Positions 47,954-54,121 of a stretch of 54,121 nt of DNA are shown here, in pieces (within the stretch, counting starts at the first letter, position 1; each line of letters begins with the position of its first letter). The notes under the pieces are model-generated. The model was not told where the DNA came from, ran no database searches, and was given only the letters and a program-made list of their open reading frames with translations. The stretch lies in NCBI GenBank assembly GCA_964463305.1, contig CAYXBW010000001.1:1-54121 (forward strand), read 5' to 3'. The stretch comes from an uncultured Christensenella sp. (GTDB lineage: Bacteria > Bacillota > Clostridia > Christensenellales > Christensenellaceae). The translations under genes were made by a program, and so were the position numbers.

Positions 47954-48700
47954 CTATTCTTCCTCCACCGCGTAGAGTATCCTGCCGCAATTTTCGCAAA
48001 GTATTATCTTATCTCCCGCCTTAAGCCCCTGCAGCTGGCTGGAGGGCAGCTCCATGTTGCAGCCCTGACAGCGTTTGTTTTTGAAATACGCCACGGGATT
48101 GGGGCGCTGCTGCTTTATTTGCTTGTATTTTTCCATTAGCTCCGGCTCCACGTTTTTGGCATACTTTGCCACGTTGGCGCGCAGCTTTTCAATATCGTCT
48201 TTACCTGCGTCAAGCTCTTTTTCGTGCTCCGCCTTGAGCTGGTCAAAGGCTTTTTTGGCATTGCTCATCTTTAGCAATGTTTCTTTTATATCGCCCTCAG
48301 ACTTATCAAGCTTGTGCATAACATCAACCAGTTTGCGTTTATTCAGCTCTATGGCAGATTTTATTGCCTCGCATTCCTTTATTAGCTCCTGCACGTCCTC
48401 TATGAAAAGATCGTCAAGCTCATAATCTGCTATCTCTGCTATTTCAGTGTTTTTTTGCTCCATCTGCTTTTTGAGCGCGTCAGCCTGCGCAGATATTTCC
48501 AGTATCTTGTTGTTTGCAAGAACCGATTCCTGCTCCATCTGCTTCAAATGCAGCTGATTGTTTTGAAAAAGCTTTTGCTGATGTATCAGCTTTTTCCGCG
48601 TATCCGTGCTCTTGAGCGACTTTTCCATCTGCTCCAGCTCGTTCTCAGCAGACTGGTATTCCCACAGCGCTTTTAGTCTATCCAAATCATATCCTCCCAT
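47954..48700 (-). CDS. Coiled-coil protein with a C-terminal C4 zinc ribbon (COG1579-like)
   Basis: Long heptad-rich region followed by CQGCNMELP...LCENCGRILY. Immediately follows the Nif3 gene. Confidence 0.75.
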   Translation of the reverse strand: MGGYDLDRLKALWEYQSAENELEQMEKSLKSTDTRKKLIHQQKLFQNNQLHLKQMEQESVLANNKILEISAQADALKKQMEQKNTEIAEIADYELDDLFIEDVQELIKECEAIKSAIELNKRKLVDVMHKLDKSEGDIKETLLKMSNAKKAFDQLKAEHEKELDAGKDDIEKLRANVAKYAKNVEPELMEKYKQIKQQRPNPVAYFKNKRCQGCNMELPSSQLQGLKAGDKIILCENCGRILYAVEEE

Positions 48701-48707
48701 GCCGTCT

Positions 48708-49814
48708 TCATACGTTTACAAACGGACGGCGCATAATATCCGAAATTATAACATTTAACTTATATTGTAACGTATCCGCCGCATTTTGTAAACCATCCGC
48801 CATCATACGAACAAAACAGCTTTCCGTGTCAAAATGTCCCGCTTCACAAAGCGCCATACCCGTTTCATAGTATTGATTGTGCTTTATCTCTCCGGTTATG
48901 TATATATCTGCCCCGGCGCTCTCCGCACAAGAGATAAAATCCCCTCCCGCGCCGCCGCACAAAGCAATTCTTCTTACCATCATATCCAAATCTCCGCTAA
49001 AACGCACGCTGTCCGTACCCAGCGCAGTCTTGAGTCTTTGCAAAAATTCCGCCGCGCATACCGCACCGTCAAGTTCGCCCATCACCCCCGAACCGGATTT
49101 AACAAACTCAGGTCCGTTCAGGCAAAACACGTCTATAGCCGGCTCCTCATAAGGGTGCGCACGCCTAAGCGCCGCCAGCACGGCTGTAAGATCTCCCTCC
49201 GCCACCAGCGCCTGTATCCACGTTTCTTCCACAAACTCCTGCACGCCTGTGTTTCCTATATGCGGATTAGCCGCTTCATCCGGCATAAAACTGCCCATCC
49301 CGTCAATACTCAGCGAGCAGCCGGAGTAGTTCCCCAGCCTGCCCGCGCCCGCCGCTATGAGCGTGGCACGAATATCATCCGCGTTCTCAACAGGCACGGC
49401 TACCGCCACCTTATAAAACCTCTCCCTCACCTCCGGCAACAAAAAACGCGCATTCTTTAGCCCCAGCAGCTCCGCTATATACATATTTATACCGCGCGGC
49501 GCGCTGTCTGCGCTTGTGTGCGCGCTGTATAGTGATATACCGCAAGCTGTCAGCCCGGCTATACAGCCACCGTGATAGCTTCGTGAATCCACCCGCTTTA
49601 TGCCCTTAAAAAGCAGAGGATGGTGCGAAACAATAAGCCCGCAGCCCTTTTCACGCGCTTCCTCAATAATATCTTCAGTAACGTCAAGGCAAACAAGCAC
49701 ACCTTCCGTTTCATTATGCAGATTCACCTGAAAACCGCAGTTGTCCCAATCCGCCGCGTATTCGGGCGGCGCTATGCGCTCTATCGCTCTTTTTATTTCA
49801 TCCACATTTGGCAT
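48708..49814 (-). CDS. Nif3-like dinuclear metal centre protein (YqfO type, with inserted PII-like domain)
   Basis: PPEYAADWDNCG, LIVSHHPLLFKG and CEAGHFDTE motifs. 368 aa. Confidence 0.88.
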   Translation of the reverse strand: MPNVDEIKRAIERIAPPEYAADWDNCGFQVNLHNETEGVLVCLDVTEDIIEEAREKGCGLIVSHHPLLFKGIKRVDSRSYHGGCIAGLTACGISLYSAHTSADSAPRGINMYIAELLGLKNARFLLPEVRERFYKVAVAVPVENADDIRATLIAAGAGRLGNYSGCSLSIDGMGSFMPDEAANPHIGNTGVQEFVEETWIQALVAEGDLTAVLAALRRAHPYEEPAIDVFCLNGPEFVKSGSGVMGELDGAVCAAEFLQRLKTALGTDSVRFSGDLDMMVRRIALCGGAGGDFISCAESAGADIYITGEIKHNQYYETGMALCEAGHFDTESCFVRMMADGLQNAADTLQYKLNVIISDIMRRPFVNV

Positions 49815-50491
49815 TGCTCAAGTACCTCCCGCATTCTTTGTACACGCCGCTCCAGCCCGCGCACATATTCGGCGGTATCCCTGCCGCCCGCAGCTCCCAA
49901 TATTATTTTCTCCGTCTCAGCTATACGCTTGCGCAAAAAACCGTCAAGGCTTGGGTCTTGCTTCTCTATAAGCCGCCTGCCCACATAATGGTAAAACTCA
50001 TCCTGTTTGCCTTCACCTCCACGAGGACGCGCGCAAATTATTTGATAATAGCGTTCCTCCTCCACGGCTAGTGCCTCGTCCGTTATTTCATAACCGCACT
50101 CAAAAAGATAGGCACGCAGCTCCGCTTCATTCTTGTGCGGCACCAGCACAAAACGCTTCACACTCTCCGCCACCTTAGGCTTCCGCTCCAGCATATCACG
50201 TATGAGCATACCGCCCATTCCGGCAATTATTACAGTGTCCGCCTCGCCCTCTTGCAGAACGGCCAGCCCGTTCCCCAGCCGGGTTTCCATTCTACCCTCC
50301 AAACCGGAGAGTATTGCCAGCTTAGCCGCCTTTTCAAGAGATTTTTCGCTTATATCGCAAGCTATTACGCGTTTTGCACGCCCTTCTTCCAGCAGCGCGC
50401 CCGCCACATATCCGTGATCGCAGCCTATATCCGCAGCGGTCTGCGCCCCCTCCACCATGTCAACTATGGCTCTCAGTCTGGGCGTCAGCAT
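49793..50491 (-). CDS. trmK: tRNA (adenine22-N1)-methyltransferase TrmK
   Basis: TPRLRAIVDMV...ADIGCDHGYV motif and the conserved position between rpoD and nif3. Overlaps nif3 by 22 nt. Confidence 0.85.
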   Translation of the reverse strand: MLTPRLRAIVDMVEGAQTAADIGCDHGYVAGALLEEGRAKRVIACDISEKSLEKAAKLAILSGLEGRMETRLGNGLAVLQEGEADTVIIAGMGGMLIRDMLERKPKVAESVKRFVLVPHKNEAELRAYLFECGYEITDEALAVEEERYYQIICARPRGGEGKQDEFYHYVGRRLIEKQDPSLDGFLRKRIAETEKIILGAAGGRDTAEYVRGLERRVQRMREVLEQCQMWMK

Positions 50492-50548
50492 GCGGCTTTA
50501 CCTATGAATAAGGCAGCTTTGCGCTGCCCTGTTTTTTTCGTGTATTTT

Positions 50549-51709
50549 CTATTCAAGGAAATCCCTCAGCTTTTTGCTGCGCGACGGATGCCGCAGCTTT
50601 CTTAAAGCCTTGGCCTCTATCTGGCGAATCCTCTCACGCGTTACCTGAAACTCCTTGCCCACTTCTTCAAGCGTACGCGCCCGCCCGTCCTCCAAGCCAA
50701 ATCTCAGCTTGAGCACCTTTTCCTCGCGCGGGGTTAGCGTGTCCAGCACGTCCATAAGCTGCTCTTTAAGCAGCGTGAAAGCGGCAGCCTCGGCGGGGGC
50801 AAGCGCATCGTCATCGGGAATAAAGTCTCCCAAATGGCTGTCCTCCTCCTCGCCTATTGGCGTTTCCAGCGAAACAGGCTCCTGCGCTATCTTTAGTATC
50901 TCGCGCACTTTCTCTTCGGAGATATCCATCTCCTTGGCCAGCTCCTCCGGGAGCGGGTCGCGCCCGTACTGCTGCAATAGCTGGCGCGATACGCGTATGA
51001 GCTTATTTATTGTTTCCACCATGTGCACTGGTATGCGTATGGTGCGCGCCTGATCTGCAATGGCGCGCGTTATGGCCTGCCTTATCCACCATGTGGCGTA
51101 GGTGGAAAATTTATAGCCCTTTTGATAATCAAACTTTTCCACGGCCTTTATAAGCCCCAGATTGCCCTCCTGTATGAGATCCAAAAACAACATACCACGC
51201 CCCACATAGCGCTTGGCAATGCTTACAACAAGGCGCAGGTTTGCCTCGGCCAGCTTTTTCTTGGCCTCCTGATCGCCCTCGGCCATGCGCTTCGCCAGCT
51301 CCACCTCCTCAGAGGCAGACAAAAGCGGCACCTTGCCTATCTCTTTGAGATACATGCGCACAGGGTCGTCTATGTTTATACTTTCGGGTATGGAGAGGTC
51401 GTATTCCGTTTCGCCCTCCTCATCCACCTTGGCAACTTCCTTCTCTATGTCATCATCAATAACGTCAACATTCAGCTCTTCCAAAGTTTCGTATAACTTT
51501 TCCACCTGATCCGGCTTTAGCTGAACGTCTTCAAGAGTATCTATGATCTCCTGATATTTCACCACTCCCTTGCTTTTGCCTATGTCAAGTATTTTCTTTA
51601 TGCGTTCCTCGCTCGTTTTGGTCTGAGCTTCGGTAAGCTCACCCTTCACAGTAAGAATTTCATGCGCCTTGTTCTTTTTTGCGTTATCTGCCAATATATT
51701 CTCTCCCAC
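50549..51709 (-). CDS. rpoD: Primary RNA polymerase sigma factor (SigA/RpoD)
   Basis: Regions 1.2 to 4.2, including [17 protein letters not shown] and [27 protein letters not shown]. The start may be the TTG at 51694, after GGGAGAG. Confidence 0.95.
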   Translation of the reverse strand: MGENILADNAKKNKAHEILTVKGELTEAQTKTSEERIKKILDIGKSKGVVKYQEIIDTLEDVQLKPDQVEKLYETLEELNVDVIDDDIEKEVAKVDEEGETEYDLSIPESINIDDPVRMYLKEIGKVPLLSASEEVELAKRMAEGDQEAKKKLAEANLRLVVSIAKRYVGRGMLFLDLIQEGNLGLIKAVEKFDYQKGYKFSTYATWWIRQAITRAIADQARTIRIPVHMVETINKLIRVSRQLLQQYGRDPLPEELAKEMDISEEKVREILKIAQEPVSLETPIGEEEDSHLGDFIPDDDALAPAEAAAFTLLKEQLMDVLDTLTPREEKVLKLRFGLEDGRARTLEEVGKEFQVTRERIRQIEAKALRKLRHPSRSKKLRDFLE

Positions 51710-51900
51710 TATTTATTATAAAATTTATATATACATCGTATAAAAACGATGTTATTTATTGTGTTATCAAAGCCCCAAAGCCCTGACTTATCTGCGGAAC
51801 TGCATTAGCGAGCCGCTGCTCATATGCTCACATTTTTTTCGCGGCAGTCCAAACTGCCTATACAGTCTAAAATATTAAAAGCCGGGCTGCCAGTCCGTTT

Positions 51901-53682
51901 TCACTGCCCCTTCGCGCTCTGCCGCAGCTCATATAGCTCCTTGCTGAGCCTGCTTATTTCAGCGCCCAGCCTTTTTTTAGTTTCCGCATCCATATCCGTA
52001 CGGCTGCGTGCCTGCACAGCCGCCAGCTCACGTTCCTTGTTCGCTATCTTCACGCGCTTCACGCAGTCTGTGAGGTAGCTGTCCGCATTTATTCGCTCGT
52101 CATCCTCTGCCGCTTTGTTCAGCAGCGAGGAGGCTTTGTTTATATCCTCAGCTAATTCCAGCATTGATAGTATTTCGTCACCGCGGGGCAAAAATCCTCT
52201 TTTTGCGCTGTCCAAAAGGTAAGAATATATTTTTTTGTTAGTTTCGTCAAAAAGTTCCTCCGCCAAAATATATTTTTCTATACGCAGCGCCCTGTCCGGC
52301 TGCGCGCACAACGCCGCCATCATTCCATCCTCCGCTCGCTGCGCCGCGCCCGTCTCCTGTTTTTTGGGCGCGCTCCTAAATTCCGTCTTTTCCTCTGCGC
52401 CCGCCATGCCAAGATCCTGCATTATTGAATTTTCAGAAAAACCGGTGCGTTCAGACAGCCGTTTTACGTATTTTTCTTTAACCACTGCGCTCTGTATACT
52501 TTTTAATATTGCTATACAATCCTTAGTATACTTTTCCTTCTGGTAGCCGTCCGAAAGCTCGTAAGGCTCCGCCGCCACATCAAAGCGGTAATCCAGCTCA
52601 GGCTTTGCCATCTTCATTAGCTTTATGTAACCCTCTTTGCCATACTTTTTCAAAAATTCGTCCGGATCTTCTCCGCCCGGTATACTTATTACACGGCTTT
52701 CTATCCCCTCCTTGGAAAGCACCGAAAGCGCGCGCAGGGTCGCCTTTTTGCCCGCCTCGTCACCGTCGTATGAAATATACACGCTTGGTACATACCGCTT
52801 TATAAGCCGCGCCTGATCCTGCGTCAGCGCGGTGCCCAGCGTTGCCACGCAGTTTTGCACACCGTGCATATATAGGGCAATAACGTCCATATACCCCTCC
52901 ACCAGAACAAGTGAGCGCACATCCTTTTGCCTGCGCACTATGTTCAGGTTGTAGAGGTTTCGGCTCTTGCTGAAAGCGGCCGTCTCAGGCGAATTGAGGT
53001 ACTTGGGCATACCGTCGTCCAGCACCCGCCCGCCAAAGCCTATCACATCTGAAAATGTGTTTATTATGGGCATCATCACACGGTTTCTGAAAAGATCGTA
53101 GCTCTTGCCCTCGTTTATTTTTATAAGCCCGCCCGCGCTCATCTCCTGCTTTGTGAAGCCGCGCTTTTGCAGCTCCTTCATGAGTCCGTCCCAATCGTTG
53201 CCCGAAAAGCCAAGGCCGAATATTTTTATTATCCTGTCGCTTATCCCCCTATTATGAAGATATTCAAGCGCCTCCCTGCCCGCCTCAGAATATAGCAAAG
53301 TATGAAAATAGTGCGCAGCCGCCTTGTTCATCTCACAGTTTTTCCTGCGCGCCGCCTTACGCGCCTCATACTGCTTGTTGTCCGTATTTTCCGGCACGGC
53401 AAGATCCACCTTTTCAGCCAGATAGGTGCAGGCCTCCGGGAAGGTGAGCTTGTCTTGCTCCATAACAAAGTGTATGGCATTGCCGCCCTTTCCGCAGCCA
53501 AAGCAGTGGAAAAAGCCCTTATCCGGATTCACCGTAAAGGAGGGGGTTTTCTCATTATGGAAGGGACAGCAGGCCCAAAGCCTTCCGCCCTTGTTTTGCA
53601 GGGACACATACTCACCCACAAGGTCTGCAATGTTTATCCTTGAAAGCAGCTCATGTATCCACTCGTCCGCAAAATATGCCAT
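51901..53682 (-). CDS. dnaG: DNA primase DnaG
   Basis: Zinc finger CPFHNEKTPSF...CFGCGKGG, TOPRIM region EGYMDV and DGDEAG. Confidence 0.95.
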   Translation of the reverse strand: MAYFADEWIHELLSRINIADLVGEYVSLQNKGGRLWACCPFHNEKTPSFTVNPDKGFFHCFGCGKGGNAIHFVMEQDKLTFPEACTYLAEKVDLAVPENTDNKQYEARKAARRKNCEMNKAAAHYFHTLLYSEAGREALEYLHNRGISDRIIKIFGLGFSGNDWDGLMKELQKRGFTKQEMSAGGLIKINEGKSYDLFRNRVMMPIINTFSDVIGFGGRVLDDGMPKYLNSPETAAFSKSRNLYNLNIVRRQKDVRSLVLVEGYMDVIALYMHGVQNCVATLGTALTQDQARLIKRYVPSVYISYDGDEAGKKATLRALSVLSKEGIESRVISIPGGEDPDEFLKKYGKEGYIKLMKMAKPELDYRFDVAAEPYELSDGYQKEKYTKDCIAILKSIQSAVVKEKYVKRLSERTGFSENSIMQDLGMAGAEEKTEFRSAPKKQETGAAQRAEDGMMAALCAQPDRALRIEKYILAEELFDETNKKIYSYLLDSAKRGFLPRGDEILSMLELAEDINKASSLLNKAAEDDERINADSYLTDCVKRVKIANKERELAAVQARSRTDMDAETKKRLGAEISRLSKELYELRQSAKGQ

Positions 53683-53786
53683 ATCACCTAACCAAAAATC
53701 AGCTGTTTATAACGGTTCATACGCGCTGCGCCGCATTGCTTTTTTAAAAAATAATGCCCCATTTTTGTGCTGCGAACACGCCGTAG

Positions 53787-53812
53787 CAAAAGGGAGCGAA
53801 CAGCTCGCTCCC
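53787..53812 (-). terminator. Terminator after the terminal partial ORF
   Basis: GGGAGCGA-loop-TCGCTCCC followed by TTTTG on the minus strand. Confidence 0.6.
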
Positions 53813-53849
53813 AATACCGCTATACTATAATATTATACACGGTGATGCA

Positions 53850-54121
53850 TTATTCCTTTTCGCCGTCTAAAATTTTATCGTTTATTTCCTTTATATCTTC
53901 AGCTATATCCTGCGCGGCCTCCTCTACGGCCTCTGCCGGAGTTTCTTTTGCCTCCGCAGCTTCCGTTTTGTCAACAGATATCATCTCCTCAATAAAGGCG
54001 TTCACCTCTCCGGGAGCCTTTGCCTCGGCCTCCTCCGCATTCGCAGCGCCCAGCGCTATCGCATCAAAATGCGCGGTAGACTGGCACATGCAGAACACCA
54101 GAAAAGCCAGCATCGCCGCTA
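53850..54121 (-). CDS. Hypothetical small acidic protein; the 5' end is possibly beyond the window
   Basis: The ORF is open to the window edge. A hydrophobic N-terminal segment (LAFLVFCMCQ, a possible lipobox) is followed by an Ala/Glu-rich sequence. No recognisable domain. Confidence 0.4.
   Translation of the reverse strand, partial: AAMLAFLVFCMCQSTAHFDAIALGAANAEEAEAKAPGEVNAFIEEMISVDKTEAAEAKETPAEAVEEAAQDIAEDIKEINDKILDGEKE

Noticed and set aside
47674-48024. A 116-aa plus-strand ORF.
   Set aside because: It overlaps the RNase P RNA gene on the opposite strand. Its Pro/Leu/Arg-rich translation is an artefact of the GC-rich structured RNA.
1-54121. A scan for mobile elements, prophage or defence genes, CRISPR arrays, and tRNA, rRNA or tmRNA genes.
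   Set aside because: No transposase, integrase or recombinase-like ORF was found. There are no terminal inverted repeats flanking a gene block, no regularly spaced repeats, and no tRNA-like T-arm sequences. The only RNA gene recognised is rnpB.

Overview
This is a core chromosomal segment of a motile, non-sporulating Firmicutes/Clostridia-like bacterium with about 50% GC. Almost every gene lies on the minus strand, and I found no transposase, integrase, CRISPR array, tRNA or rRNA.

Gene content from left to right:
- A partial flagellin gene sits next to a small c-di-GMP-type signalling cluster: a ComFB-like protein, an EAL-HDOD protein, and a divergently transcribed HD-GYP protein.
- Next come cls, pfk, an acyl-ACP thioesterase, rbsK and an amino-acid ABC transporter.
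- The lepA-hemW-hrcA-grpE-dnaK-dnaJ block follows, with a perfect CIRCE operator upstream of hrcA.
- After a phosphohexomutase gene and a MarR/SRPBCC pair comes the dcw cluster: mraZ-rsmH-ftsL-bPBP-murE-mraY-murD-ftsW-ftsQ-ftsA-ftsZ.
- Then a metallophosphoesterase gene and tig-clpP-clpX-lon-engB.
- The window ends with a YgiQ radical SAM gene, type A RNase P RNA, and dnaG-rpoD-trmK-nif3-(Zn-ribbon).

No obvious self-contained novel multi-gene system such as a defence island is visible. The observations most worth a second look are:
1. The only class B PBP in the dcw cluster has lost all three transpeptidase motifs (SxxK, SxN, KTG). The adjacent FtsA also has a degenerate phosphate-2 motif.
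2. The flagellin-linked ComFB / degenerate EAL-HDOD / HD-GYP cluster may be a c-di-GMP motility control module.
3. A 21-codon hydrophobic ORF has a sequestered SD and a convergent promoter that shares its terminator, which resembles a type I toxin-antitoxin layout.
4. Several unusually structured intergenic regions: the ABC transporter leader, the clpP-clpX spacer, the rsmH-ftsL hairpin and the tig leader.

All calls come from reading translations and motifs by eye. No database search was run.
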